A stretch of 64,000 nucleotides of DNA from positions 202,970 through 266,969 of the forward strand of contig NW_027192212.1 of the NCBI RefSeq assembly GCF_041956535.1. The letters are read 5' to 3'. Below, piece after piece: positions 51,906 through 64,000 of this stretch; the first letter of the stretch is position 1, and the number at the start of each line of letters is the position of its first letter. The position numbers and the translations under genes are program-made. This DNA comes from Calcarisporiella thermophila CBS 279.70. Its lineage: Eukaryota > Fungi > Calcarisporiellomycota. The notes beneath the pieces are model-generated. The model had not been told where the DNA came from, did no database searches, and was given only the letters and a program-made list of their open reading frames with translations.

Positions 51906-52415
51906 GCTCACCCAAAAAAAAATTTAACCAGATAGACTTTGATATATACATATACTCTGTATGCTTTTTTATTTTTCCGCTTTTGATTTTCTCCTTTTTT
52001 ATTTGATTTTATCACTTGAATCCCTGATTCTGTATTCTTATTTATATATGTAAATATTTTATTTCCTGCCTCTATTCTGTTCTATTTTGTTTCCATCTCA
52101 TATTTTATTTTATTTTATTTTTTCTCCTCTACCTCAACTATCGAGGCCCTTCCCTCTCAATTATGACTTATTCGACCTGAGCTAGAAAAATCATCCAAAT
52201 AAAATTGGACCACAATCGGTAGACTTGTCAGGCAAGCCATCCTCCCTCCGAAATCCGATTTGACCTTCCCCCCGGCCCAGCCTAGCCCAGCCCTTTTCCA
52301 ATTTGAAACGGGGGGGAGACTGTTCACGACGGCTCTGCACTTTTATGGAAACGAGACTCTCTGCTGTTCTCGTCGCAGATCTTCTCCATCATCGGATGGT
52401 TTCGCGCTCACCTCG

Positions 52416-55154
52416 ATGACATCCCTACCCATTCTCCTCAAACAAAGTAAGCCAGGGGGAGCGATGGCGCATCCTTCTCCTCATTTCCCTCGTCCTGACT
52501 CTCTCTGCTTGATGCGTTAGGATTCCTAGACAATGTACGAAGCCTAAAGACTTCAAGAGGATACCGGGTGGTGGTTGCGGATGCACGCGCCCTGCGATTT
52601 CTCTCTGCCGTGTGTAATATGTACGACATTCTGGAAGAGAATGTGACGCGTAAGTTCTTGCTCTCTCGGCCCGGTGCAGAGCGCACACTCATCTCCTCAT
52701 CTCTTACCCCCACCTGCTCTCTACTTCTCCCGCCATCGGATCGCGGCCAATGTCTCTACAGTGGTTGAAAATCTCGAGCGTCCCCGCAATCCCTATCCTG
52801 ACTTGGAGGCTCTTTATCTCCTGACGCCCTCGGTCGAGAGCATCACGCGTTTTGTTAACGACTTTTCGCCTCCTTCGCAGAGCAAATACGCAGCGGCGCA
52901 TCTGCTCTTCACATCATCGCTCAATGAGCAGCATTACGGCGTGCTTAACCAGCTGTTGAAAAAGGCGGCCGCTGATCGCTACGTGTTGAGCCTGAAGGAA
53001 ATCCACACCGACTTTTTGGCGGTGGAGGAGCGGGTCTTTTCGCTGGATATGCCGCTGAGCTTTTTTGTGATGTACTCACCAGTGGAGGAATGGCGGGTCG
53101 AAGAGGAGGTGCAGAGGATGGCGAAGAAGGTGAGTCCCCCCCCCCTCCTTGTCTGGGGGTAGTGCAGCGGTGCGATCATTCTGTCTTCTTTTTCCCATTG
53201 GATCTGTAGCTTGCTTCTGTATGCGTTGCCCTGGATGAATGCCCGGTGGTGAAGTATTACCGGCCCCGGACAAGAAGAGCTATTGCACACCAGCTTGCGG
53301 ACCAGGTGCAAATCGAAATAGATAATCAATTCCGTGCGGATCGCAGAGTAGGTTTTTATTTGATAGCGATGCTTTTCGACTCCCCAGAAAAAAAAATCAA
53401 TCGCCTAAATCCATGCTTAACGGACGGATGCTTTTCCCATTTCTTCTTATCTGCAGAGTGCCCCAGACCGCCCCACACTGATCGTCGTTGACCGATCCAT
53501 AGACGCCGTGGCGCCGCTTCTCCACGAGTTCACCTATCAGGCCATGGCCAATGATCTGCTGAACTTGGAGGATGGGAAGCGCTTCACTTATACCTATACT
53601 GCAGCCGACGGGCAATCCACTCAGAGTGAACTCGTCCTCTCCGAGACGGACGAGATCTACACCCAGTTTAGGCACATGCACATCGCTGACTGCACACAGG
53701 AGCTGGCCAACCGCTTCTCCCAGTTCCTCGGGGGGAGCCGCGCGCACCAGCTGCAGGGCCAAAACCAGGCCGCCAACCTGAAGGATATGAAGCAAATCCT
53801 GACCGAGCTGCCCCAGTACCAAGAGTCTAAGGCCAAGTTCTCCGCGCACATCTCCCTGGCGCAGGAGTGCATGGGGCAATTCAATCGGAAAAGGCTGGCG
53901 GAGGTGGGGGCGATCGAGCAGAACATCGCCACCGGGGAAACTCCCGAGGGAGACGCCCCCAAAACGCTGATGCTGGACATACTGTCGGTGCTGGACAGCG
54001 CCTTCATCGAGTAAGCAGCGGTCGCTTCTACTTTCCACAGCCCGTGCTCTTCATTGCTGATGTGTTCATTTTATTCTTTTTTCCTTCCCACCCTCCTCCT
54101 TTGGGGACAACGTAGCCCGGAGGACAAGCTTCGCCTCCTCATGATCTACTTTTCCGCCCGTGGCGACTCCATCGACGCCGACGACCGCGCCAAGCTGATG
54201 CAGCACGCCCGCATAGCTGCGCATCGGCAGAATGCCATCCAAAATCTCTCTCTACTGGGCCCACCCCTCTCCCGCGTGGAGCGGGATGGCTTGTGGGACA
54301 CGTGGGGGTGGAACCGGCTGGCAGGCAAGCTGAAGAGGGCGGGGGGTGGCCTGGAGGGGAAGGAGGAGGCCGCGTACGAGCTGTCGCGCTATGTGCCGGT
54401 GCTGAAGAAGGTGGTCGAGAGCCACATCCGGGGCACGCTGGACGCCGACCTCTTTCCGCCCGTCAGGGAGGAGCCGAAGGCGGCGGAGGCGCCGGCCAAG
54501 CCTGCCGTGACCTCGCTGCGGACCACGCGGCCCGCGTGGCACAAGAAGGGCTCGCACCCGTCCTCGCCGGGGGGGCCCGAAAGCAGCAGCGGCGGCGGCG
54601 GCCCCGGGTCCAGCGGGAGCTCGGCGGGGGCGCCCGCCACGGGGCCGAGGGTGATGGTGTTCGTGATCGGCGGGGTGACCTACTCGGAGATGCGGTCGGT
54701 GTACGAGGCGGCGAGGCAGCACGGGCGGGACGTGCTGCTGGGGGCCACCCACGTCTGGACGCCGCGGCAGTTCATGGAGGATCTCTCCTGGCTCCACCGG
54801 GGCATCCCGCCTCCGCCGCAGCCCGCGCAGCCGCCCCCGCCGCCCATTGCCGAGCCGCGGCCGCCCTCTCAGCAGAAGCAGGGCAAGAAGAAGGAGAAGA
54901 AGTCATGGCAGGCGCCACAGCCGCCCCCGATGGAGCCACAGGACGTGACTCGGAGCACGAGGCCCCCCCGGCTGTCGGTCAGCAGTGTACAGCTTAGTAA
55001 ACTTGCTGGCGCGGAGGGCCTTGGCCCGCGCGGCCGAGGGGCGGGCGAGAGGCCGTTGTCCGCGCCGCCGTCGCCGCACTTGGGCGAGTTCGGCGAGGGC
55101 GGGGGGGAGAAGAAGGGCAAGGTGTCGAAGCTCCTCAACAAGTGGTTGAAGTGA
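52416..55154 (+). CDS. SEC1: Sec1/Munc18 SM protein (exocytosis); 6 exons
   Basis: DILEENVT.VENLE..R.PYP.LEALYLLTP, LIVVDRS.D.VAPLLHEFTYQAM, HMHIA, YELSRYVP and VFVIGGVTYSEMR motifs; Pro-rich C-terminal tail typical of fungal Sec1. Confidence 0.95.
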
Positions 55155-55769
55155 GCCGCCCGACGGCCCGTGAGTCAGGGGGAGAACTCATTAATGCAAG
55201 GTTGTGCTGGTCGGGGCTTGATTTGTGCGCGATTTCCCAGCTTGTTTCTTTATAAAGTTATCTTCATAAGTGTGACACATGCATCCCAACTTGGAAGCTA
55301 GTGCTCCTTGACGTTTATGGACTGCGGCCCTGCGAGTGGCCCGGGCAGGGAAGCTGTCGGAAGCTGGCCTGGAAAATCAACCCAAGGCCCAACTCGAAAA
55401 CAAAAAAATTTTTTTAAACTCTTGTCTTTGTGTGTGGTTTCCTGTAGCTTCGGCGCGGTGTCTTTGTTCGCCCGTCACATCAGGCCAGGAGTGAACCGAG
55501 GCTCTCCCTCTTGCTCTCGCCGCCCGCCCGCGCAACCGCATTGCTCGCCCGCCCTCTGGCTGCTCTGCCTCGCTTTCCTTTTTTATCCCCTTCAGCCGCC
55601 CAAACACTCCCCTTATGCGGGTGTGAGTTGGCAACTTTCCCCCCTGTGCCCGCTTTTTCTCTGCATTGGCCGCGGATGAATTCTCGCCGCTCTGGTGCGA
55701 TTGCATCTCTCTATCTCTGCCCCCATCGCCGCTGCATTATCCTGGCCGCTTAGCCTAGCTTGGCCGCCT

Positions 55770-55820
55770 TTCTCTCTTTCTCTCTCTCTTTCTCTCTCTC
55801 TTCATCCTAAGCTCTCTCTC
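55770..55820. repeat. (CT)n-rich tract upstream of kinase ATG
   Basis: Interrupted tctctc run. Confidence 0.8.
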
Positions 55821-55841
55821 CATCGCTTGCCAAGGGGCTCA

Positions 55842-56918
55842 ATGGACTCGCAGTCTGATCGCACCCATTCCAAACCCACCCGTTCGCCTCCCCCCCTTCG
55901 TACCGAAGCATTGTCAAGAGGCGACCCTGGCCTCGCCACCCCCTGGACCCCTTCGCTGCCCGTGGCCCGGCCGCGGCAGCAAAAGCCGTCGCAGGCCCTC
56001 CCCTCGCCGCCGCCCGAGTCTCCTCCCGGCGAGCAGCAGCAAGACGCGGAGGGCGGGGAGATGGTGCGGGGAAGGTTCAGGATCCTGAGCACGCTGGGCG
56101 AAGGCTCCTTCTCGACGGTAAAGCTGGCTGTGGATCTGGGCCGGAGCGAGGGGCAGCCGAGCGTGGCCCTGAAAATGGTGCGACGCAACTCCGAGGCCCG
56201 GCTCACGCTCCACCACGAGCTGGAGCTGCTGCGGACGCTCCGGCACCCGAACATCATTCAGCTCTACCACCTGGAGGAGCAGCCGCTGCCGATGACCTCG
56301 GAAAAGGACGACGCGCCCTGCTTCTTCTTGGTGCTCGAGCCCGCCCTGGGCGGCGAGCTGTTCGACCTCGTCGCCCACCGTCACCAAGAGCTGACCCCCG
56401 CCATCCAGCGGCACATTTTCCGCGGGCTCGCGCAAGCGGTCGACTACCTCCACGACCATGGCGTGGTGCACCGCGACCTCAAGCTTGAGAACGTGCTGCT
56501 CACCGCCGACCCGCTCTCCTGCCCGCTCCACGCCGTGCAGACGAAGCTCACCGACTTCGGCCTAGCCACCCGCTTCGACCCCTCCCGGCCGTACCTGACC
56601 GCGCGCTGTGGCTCGGAGGAGTATGCCGCGCCGGAGATCGTCGTGGGCCGGGCGTACGACGGCCGCGAGACCGACGCCTGGAGCATGGGCGTCGTCCTCT
56701 ACGCCCTCATCGTGGGGAGGCTGCCGTTCGAGGCGGACGCCGCCACCGGCCAGCGCGGCATGCTCCACCGCATTGCTCGCGGCGAGTACGCGCCCCTCCC
56801 TTCCCACCGAGGCGATGAGAGCGTCCGGGAGCTGATCGACCAGATCCTGCAGCCCACCCCCGCCCGCCGGCTCAAGACTGGCGCCATCCTGGCCCACCCC
56901 TGGCTCTCTCCGAGCTGA
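55842..56918 (+). CDS. Intronless CAMK-group Ser/Thr protein kinase (Prr1-like)
   Basis: LGEGSFSTVKLA, VALK, HPNII, GGELFD, VHRDLKLENVLL, LTDFGLA, LTARCGSEEYAAPE and DAWSMGV motifs. Confidence 0.92.
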   Translation: MDSQSDRTHSKPTRSPPPLRTEALSRGDPGLATPWTPSLPVARPRQQKPSQALPSPPPESPPGEQQQDAEGGEMVRGRFRILSTLGEGSFSTVKLAVDLGRSEGQPSVALKMVRRNSEARLTLHHELELLRTLRHPNIIQLYHLEEQPLPMTSEKDDAPCFFLVLEPALGGELFDLVAHRHQELTPAIQRHIFRGLAQAVDYLHDHGVVHRDLKLENVLLTADPLSCPLHAVQTKLTDFGLATRFDPSRPYLTARCGSEEYAAPEIVVGRAYDGRETDAWSMGVVLYALIVGRLPFEADAATGQRGMLHRIARGEYAPLPSHRGDESVRELIDQILQPTPARRLKTGAILAHPWLSPS

Positions 56919-57338
56919 CCCTGGCCTTCTCGGGGGGGGGGGGGCCTCACCCCCCCACCTCCATACTATACTACTCTACATACCAGCTGTAATTTTGTAT
57001 TTTTTTTTTAAATATCTTTCGCTTTTTCTTGATTACCCACCTAATGATAGAACGATATCCGTCTCTTTTTTTTTGGTCTCGTTGCTGTTGCACTTTATAA
57101 TATATATGTTTTGACCACGTCTAATGTCTGTTAATTTTCTAATACATGCCCCTTCCGTCTATGACGCGGCGCCATCTTTGCATGGTAATGTATCCCTTTG
57201 CCAATGTCTTGCCATGTTTTTTTTAAAAAAAAAAAAACTAAAGATTTCATTTTGCATGGAGGTATTTTTAACAATAAAAAAATTAAAACAGAACACAAAA
57301 AAAAAACTCTATGCATCCGCTATATGTAAATAGATTTT

Positions 57339-59130
57339 CTAGGCTTCAAGCAGGCTGACACCTGTCATCTCCTCGGGCACATCGACCCCCATCACGCGGA
57401 GGAGCGTGGGCGCCACATCGCACAGGGCGCCAACCTTCTTCTCGACAAACTTGTGCTGCTTGCTGGTGATGACAAATGGAACTACGGGCAGACGGAGGGT
57501 TTAGGGAGAGGGTAGGGAGGCAAAGGAGGAATCAGTACTCACCGGGGTTGCAAGTGTGGGCCGTGTGCGGCCCGTTCTCGTTGATCATCACTTCGGCGTT
57601 GCCATGGTCCGAGGTGATGGCCAGGATGTACCCGTGCTTCTTGCAGGCCTCATAGATGATGCCGAAGCCCTCGTCCGTGGTCTCCACCGCCTTCACAGCG
57701 GCCTCGTACTTGCCCGTGTGGCCGACCATGTCCGGGTTGGCGAAGTTGCACATCACGAAGGGATACTCCCCGGTCGCCACTTCCTCGGCCACCTTCTGCG
57801 CCACCTCGATCGCGCTCATCTCGGGCTTGAGGTCGTAGGTGGCCACCTTGGGCGACGGGATGAGGTCGCGGTGCTCCCCGGCAAACTGTTTCTCCACGCC
57901 TCCGTTGAAGAAGAAGGTGACGTGGGCGTACTTCTCGGTCTCGGCCACGTGGCACTGCCGGATGTCGTTCTTCGAGAGCCACTCCGCCAGCACGTTGTCC
58001 ATGGTCTGCGGCGGGAACGCCACCGGGAATGGGAAGTCCGCCTTGTACTTGGTCATGGTCGTGATGTGGATGTCGGCGGGCACGTCGACCTCAAATGGCC
58101 GCGGCGTGATCCCGAGGGTCTGGTTGATCTGGCGCATGCGGTCGGACCGGAAGTTGAAGAAGAAGAGCGTGTCGCCCTCACGGATGCGGCCCTCCTCATC
58201 CACCACGATGGGCTTGAGGAACTCGTCGGATTCGTCCTTCTCATAACGCTCGCGGATGGTCTGCATGGGGGCGAGAAACGCAAACGGGTTTAGTCCGGGG
58301 ACGCAGAGAGACCCCCCCCAACACGATAGCTCACCTTGATCACGTCGTCGGTCTTCTCCCCCTCTCCCTTGACCAACGCATCCACTGCCACCTTCACGCG
58401 CTCCCACCGCTTATCCCGGTCCATGGCATAGTATCTCCCAATCACCGTGGCCACGCTCCCGTACTCAATCTCCTTGGTCTTCTTCAGCAGCTGCTCCATA
58501 TATCCGGCGCCCGACTTCGGATCCGTGTCGCGCCCATCGCCGAAGAACTGCACAAACGTCTTGGGGACGCCAGCTTCCTTGGCAGCCTCGAGCAATGAGA
58601 AGAGATGATTAATGTGAGAATGGACTCCGCCATCGCTGACAAGGCCAAGGAGGTGGAAGCGCCCATTCCCTGATTTGGCCCGCTCGAACGCGTCCTTGAT
58701 CGCCTTCAGATTGCCAAATTCCTTGTTCTTGACCGCCATATCAATCCGAACAATATCCTATCGTAGAAGAGCCGTCAGTACCTAGCCCTCTCTCTCCCCC
58801 CCTCCCACCACTGTGCCCCGCTGCCCTCCCTCCTCCCCAGCGAGAGCTCGAGATCGCGCTGCACTTTACCTGGTATACCACTCTTCCCGCTCCAATATTG
58901 AGATGCCCCACTTCCGAGTTTCCCATGAGTCCATCGGGCAGCCCGACAGAGAGCCCGTGTGCGGAAATCGTGGTGTAGGGATACTCCTTAGCAAAGTAGT
59001 CCATGTTCGGCGTCTTCGCATCGCGGACGGCATCGCCCTTGGCCTCCGGATCGGGGTTAATCCCCCACCCGTCGATGCAGATAAGGCATACTTTTTGGGT
59101 GGGTTGCTGCTTCTGCTTAGGGTTCGACAT
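57339..59130 (-). CDS. gpmI: 2,3-bisphosphoglycerate-independent phosphoglycerate mutase; 4 exons
   Basis: [91 protein letters not shown] and LCDVAPT motifs. Confidence 0.97.
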
Positions 59131-59417
59131 AGCTGGAGTTTCTAGAGGAGGGAATGCAATGGAAGAAAAAAAAGCAGTACTAAAAATAAGCAATATACGA
59201 AAAAGCAGGGCGTTCTCGATTTAAACCCCCCCCGGTCAATTTTTGTTGGTCGATAGGGAAAACTTTGATCTCGAAAGGGGCCCTTCGTCTTGAATCGAGA
59301 AAGGCTGGTTTATTATGAATAAGAAAAAAAAAGGAAAAGATGAAATATCACATGGAAAAGCTGTATATGAGAGGGAAAAAAAGAGAGAAAATTAATAGAT
59401 AAACACCAGGGGGCTCT

Positions 59418-60883
59418 TCAAGCGCTAATTGTATGGTCGTAATCGATGGTGGGCACCACTGACGACACGAATTTCAAGAAGATGATCATATATTGATCCA
59501 CGCGTATTGTCTCCTCCTCGCCTTTCTGGCCGCTCTCCTCGTTGAGTTTCTCGATGATCTTCTTCATCACCTGCGCATGGCGGCATGGGTGGATACTTGC
59601 CAGCGACATGTTAAGATGGGGGTGCGACTCGATGGTCACCGTCTTTTTGGCATAGTCCTGGGAGACATCTTCAAAGATCTGAGCCGAGGTGAGAGGTCTT
59701 CGGTGCTAAGGGAGTTGAGGAAAGAAGGGGGAGAAAACATAGAAGGAAACGGTGGAGATAGAAAGTGTTAGGAAGGAAGGAGAATGGCAGCAAAATCTCC
59801 AATCACAAACTTACTTCGTCATAGCCAAAGAGCCACACGCGAGGCGTCTGGTAATATTTATCATAGGTTATAAACACGTCATAGGTTCGCACCTGAAGTA
59901 TATTTCCGCTGCATTGGAAGAAAGGGTAAGGGCGCTGTTCCCAAAAGAAAGGTCGAAGAACGAAGCAACAGATAAATACATACCCTCTTGCACCCTCTTC
60001 ACTTGTGCCTGGCTGGATTTGCGTTGTTTGCAACGTCGCCTATAGAATATCGTTTAGCAAGCCAAAATATGCCCCGTCCCTATTGTTATGGTTACCGGAT
60101 CATTCTCCTCCATCGCCCCCACATCCTCGTCATCCCCAATATCGGGAATGTCGTCCATATCTGGAATTTCCTCCTCCACCTCGTCCGTAGGACCGTCCTC
60201 GCTATGGATCTGAAGGTGCCGCATCTGTGCGGCTGCATGCTCTACGGCTCGGTCCTCCTCCTCCTCGTCGATGTTCTGAGCGAGCTCTTCTATGTTGGAA
60301 GTCGTGCGAGAGCTATGTGTGAAGAGCCAGGAATCCGCGCCATCTTCTGCTTCAAGCTGCGTCTCGGCATCCTCATCAGTGTACTCCATTTGGCGTACCC
60401 GTTTAAGACATGGCACTATTTTGGGGACAGATGTGCTCATGGATGAGACAAGAGGCAAAGAATGGGGAGGGACCCATAAAGTGCTTACCATTTCGTGTCA
60501 CCAAGAACTGCTTTTCGGGGGGGAGGTAATCTCTTCTTTTCTTAGCTTCGCCCTTTTCCCTTCAGGTAAAAAAAAGGCACTCGTCTTAGGATCTTTCATC
60601 TGCACACAGCCACACGCCCATCCTGCCCTCGATCCAAACCGCACAAATATACACAAAATCCTTACCAGCTCCATGTCGGGCACTTGTAAACAAGAAAATC
60701 GCCTGCCGCAACAAACTCCTCAGGAGTGACGCAGCCCGTCTCCTTGAATTTGGAATTCTTGAGCACAGGACTTAAATACTCTACAGATCAACCGTAAGTA
60801 CAAGTGACCCGCCTGGAGGGTAAAATCGATGGATTACCTCGGATGCCATGGAATGTCTGGAATATGGAGTTATAGACCGACAT
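59418..60883 (-). CDS. ATG3: Autophagy E2-like enzyme Atg3; multi-exon
   Basis: [83 protein letters not shown], catalytic SIHPCRHA and FLKF.SSV.PTIDYD.T motifs. Confidence 0.96.
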
Positions 60884-62015
60884 CGCTGTAGACCGATTGT
60901 TGTATAGAGAGCACTGTGGATCAAAACTAATCTGACCAAGTAATTCCGCGGTGTCAAATACAATGAATGAGGGATATTGGTTTCTAACGGTGGGTGCAGG
61001 AGGATAAAGTATGTCAAAAGAACTGTGCATGACTTCTCATTTTCTCAAAAAAAAAAGGGAATAGAACTCAGCACACTGCGCCACGTGATTGGAATAAAAC
61101 AAACTCCGCATGCGGACTTGGATGAAATTGGTCGCAGAGAAATAGATCGAAATCACCCTGGGGTTGGGTGACAGATTGCAGCATATCAGCGCATTTTGCG
61201 TCGTCGACAGGGATTACCTAAGGGTTTGCGCGAGAGAGAGTAAGTTGGAAATGGGCGTGCGTATCCTGAATCCTTGCCTTCTCTTACACGCCTACTCTCC
61301 TGGCTAATATACTCTTTAAATTGTTTTCACATTTAGTGGTTCTCTCGATAACATCAATTACTCTTTCTCTACCTCCTCACTCTTGGATCACCTTATTAAT
61401 AGCAGCGATGCCGTATTACCACTGTCTTTAACCGTATTGGCTATTTATTTGCCATCGGATAACGTTTGCAAAATCAAATATCCAAACGGAACAAGTGTTC
61501 GGTTCTCGACTTTAAATGTTCAACTCTAGACCTTCCAACTCATTGCTTGACTATCTTTTTCCAAAGCCCTTTCTAGCTCTGTTCTTTACCATTTTGAAAA
61601 ATGATCTACCGTCTTGAGGGAATACTTTCAAACCCATCCCACTACTCTCACTCTCTGGGTGTGTGGAATGAATCCAGAACATATTATTAAAATAAACTTT
61701 TCTTAATAAGAAAAAAAAAGAGCGGATACAAACTGAAGATTTCGCAAAAGCAAAAAAATAAATACTTTGAGGCAAATATGAATGTAGATAAATTCGTCGG
61801 ATGAGGAGGGAAAAAAAAAAAGAAATAATAAAAATAAAATAAAGATAATAAAGTTAGAAAAAAAAAATAAAGTGAACATGGATTTTTCAAATACAAAATA
61901 GAAAGAAATGAAAAATAAAATAGGCTCTGCTTAGTTCTTCCTACTGAGTGTGAGCCCTCTTCGCAAAATGCTCATCACCCCCAGACCCTTGGACGCTCCG
62001 ATGGCGGATTTCTCT

Positions 62016-63983
62016 CTATTCGAGAACGGCTCCATGATCGGGGGGGTCACGTAGAGTAGCGGTGAGCGGGTATTGGATGACGGAGGGGGGGGGCAGAGAG
62101 GGGAGGGCCCGGTATTTGGCCTTGATGGGGGTGGCCTCGTTCTCCGCGCTCTTGATGGGCAGGATGGGCACGAAATCGGGCGCCGTCTTCGAGGGAAGGT
62201 CGGGCATGCTTCTCATTTCCAGAGGCGTCCCCGAGCGTGCCCTGCTCTCCCCTCGGGCCTCCTCGGGGGCCACGTCCACAAACGCCGGAAGTCGAAGGCC
62301 ACCCAGCTTGCTGGTGCCCCGCTTCTTTTTCTTTTTGCTCTTCTTCGCGGAGTGCGCCTCGTCCACCGTCAAGCGTTCCGCGAAACTCGACCTCGTCGCC
62401 ATCGTGTGGGTGCTCTCCTCCGACAGCTCGGACGCAAACGAGATGGTGGAGGTGTACTTGCTCTCCGACACGTCCTCCTCCGATCGCCGGAACGAGAAGG
62501 GCAGGTGCTGCAACGACCGCTGGACCCAGCTTCGCGCCTGACTCCTCCTCTTGTGGGGTGCGAAGGCGGCACCGAAAGGCTGTCGCAGATGATGCTCCTC
62601 CGATACCGACGACCTCCTAGACGCCTCCCCGTCCTCCCCATTCGCCTCCTCCAGTGCCGAGACTTGGGAGAGCGGGCTTGGTCTCTGGACCGAGATGCGT
62701 ATGGACTGCCGCCGCGCCGTGGTGGCCTCGTTGTTCTCGAGCGAAAACCATGCGGCGAGGTCGGATTCCCTCCCACCACCCCCGTGCTCTCCCCCCGCAC
62801 CCCCACTTCCCGCCGGCGAGAAGAGCTCTGGCAGGCGAGGCGGTGGGTTGCGAATCATTTGCTCGTCAATTTCCACCTTGAAATTGAGGTTAAATGCGTC
62901 GCCCAGATCGATCCCCAGGGCAAGCGGTGCATCCTCGGGGAGGGGCGGTAGCTCTTTCGTGTCGAGGTAGGAAGAGCGCCCACTGCCGGTGCTGGAGCGG
63001 CGTCGCAGCATGGCCCCGCTGACACTCACTGTGCTGGTGCGCTGTGCTAAGCGTGACGGCAGGCGCCTCTGATTGGGCAAGTCAGCCGGGGTCGGTGGGG
63101 TGGGCGGGCGGATCAAAAGCGGCTCGGATGCGTGCACGCACACGACCCGCGTGCGCGGTGCGGTCGCTGGGAATATATTTTCGTTGATTTGCGCGAGCAT
63201 GGCAATTTCGGCAGGCTGTCCCTTGACCTTCTCGGCTGCCGCGGGAGGTTTATTGGGAGCTGCTCCCGCCCTCTCTCCCGCCTGCAGACTAGCGCCATTC
63301 CGCGGTCGGCCAGAATTCGGCTTTTCGCCCAACGAGGAGGTGGGGGCGGGGATGGGGGTTGCGAGGGTGACTGCGGTTTTGGTTGAGTTTGGTACGGATG
63401 CGGTGGCTGCGGTGGGCGAGGTGGGTGATGTGGGCGAGGTAGGGGGCGACGGCGAGGAAATGAGGGGTGGCGATGATTCTGGGTCTGTTGGAAGGTGAGT
63501 GCTCGAGGAATTGTTGGAGAGCGTGGCGAGCAGCGTGGATAGAAGAGAGGAGTTGTTGTGCTCCGGTTTTGCATTAGAGGTATCCTCTTGCACCCCCTCC
63601 TCTCCCCTCGCTTCCTCTTCCTCCCCCTCCTCCGCTTCCCCATAGCCCTCTTCCAAATCGTTGATCTTGCCATGTTCCATCTCATCGCCCTCCATGTCTA
63701 GCGCCATGCCCGCTATATCATTCCCATCGTCTTCCGCACTCTGCTGTTCAATCATCATTACATATTCATTGATTATCTCCTCCACATTATCCGTCAAGGG
63801 CACAAGGGCAGCGTCATCGCCGATGAATTGCCACATTCCCCTTGGCAATTCCAGAAATTCCGGGGGTGTGTTACGATAGAACCGCTCAAGAAAATTCTTG
63901 ATCAGTAGGCGCTTGCGCATCGAGTGAGAATCATAGGAAGAGAAGGTCAGCTGTGCGAGTTTGTAGTTGGTCATCGCGGCCAT
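62016..63983 (-). CDS. Hypothetical S/P/R-rich protein; frame is open to the window edge, so the 5' end may lie outside
   Basis: 655-aa ORF with coding-like composition; short ordered-looking N-terminal segment (NYKLAQ...SMRKRLLIKNFL) followed by disordered sequence. The 3' end may be frameshifted (see findings). Confidence 0.75.
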   Translation of the reverse strand: MAAMTNYKLAQLTFSSYDSHSMRKRLLIKNFLERFYRNTPPEFLELPRGMWQFIGDDAALVPLTDNVEEIINEYVMMIEQQSAEDDGNDIAGMALDMEGDEMEHGKINDLEEGYGEAEEGEEEEARGEEGVQEDTSNAKPEHNNSSLLSTLLATLSNNSSSTHLPTDPESSPPLISSPSPPTSPTSPTSPTAATASVPNSTKTAVTLATPIPAPTSSLGEKPNSGRPRNGASLQAGERAGAAPNKPPAAAEKVKGQPAEIAMLAQINENIFPATAPRTRVVCVHASEPLLIRPPTPPTPADLPNQRRLPSRLAQRTSTVSVSGAMLRRRSSTGSGRSSYLDTKELPPLPEDAPLALGIDLGDAFNLNFKVEIDEQMIRNPPPRLPELFSPAGSGGAGGEHGGGGRESDLAAWFSLENNEATTARRQSIRISVQRPSPLSQVSALEEANGEDGEASRRSSVSEEHHLRQPFGAAFAPHKRRSQARSWVQRSLQHLPFSFRRSEEDVSESKYTSTISFASELSEESTHTMATRSSFAERLTVDEAHSAKKSKKKKKRGTSKLGGLRLPAFVDVAPEEARGESRARSGTPLEMRSMPDLPSKTAPDFVPILPIKSAENEATPIKAKYRALPSLPPPSVIQYPLTATLRDPPDHGAVLE

Positions 63984-64000
63984 TTGGTCCGGCGTGTAGG

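Noticed and set aside
46540-55154. FRQ1, SEC1, chitin synthase and ATG3 as a secretion cluster; two PUF-fold genes in one window
   Set aside because: Housekeeping genes interspersed with unrelated ones, with no evidence of co-regulation. PUF and NOP9 are anciently diverged, not a local duplication.
57310-57341. Stop-codon readthrough to a cryptic peroxisomal PTS1 in iPGM, AKR or TSC13
   Set aside because: No TGA-CTA readthrough context, and no SKL-like end in the downstream codons inspected.

Overview
This is eukaryotic, intron-rich fungal DNA. It holds about 22 protein-coding genes with short (~55-165 nt) spliceosomal introns, microsatellites and one N-gap. The gene set (myosin-motor chitin synthase, Zn2Cys6 factor, membrane-anchored GH9, cofactor-independent PGM, GATA-like+PHD protein) suggests an early-diverging, Mucoromycota-like fungus; the taxon is an inference. 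Genes in order: PUF protein (-), probable AF4/FMR2(AFF)/Ebp1-like protein (-), TSC13 (+), BOR1-type transporter (-), CENP-N/Chl4 (+), aldo-keto reductase (+), NF-YA/HAP2 (+), Rua1/Meu26-like regulator (-), NOP9 (-), PRP28 (+), GH9 (-), class V chitin synthase (-), GATA-like/PHD protein (+), orphan low-complexity gene (-), frequenin/NCS-1 (+), Zn2Cys6 factor (+), SEC1 (+), Prr1-like kinase (+), iPGM (-), ATG3 (-) and a hypothetical protein at the right edge (-). The NF-YA and frequenin coding exons are mostly or entirely missing from the ORF track and were reconstructed by hand. I found no rRNA, tRNA, CRISPR or recognisable transposon, and no clear-cut novel multi-gene system. The best leads are: (1) a membrane-anchored GH9 whose catalytic-base motif reads DAGN instead of DAGD, in tandem with a chitin synthase; (2) a GC-AG intron in the 5'-splice-site helicase PRP28; (3) an AFF-like C-terminal domain; (4) a non-canonical CCCH GATA finger fused to a PHD finger; (5) a spliced orphan with repeated NG(I)F motifs; (6) a 3-codon uORF inside a putative 5'UTR intron of the borate transporter. 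Family assignments come from recalled motifs, not database searches. Exon boundaries were read manually.
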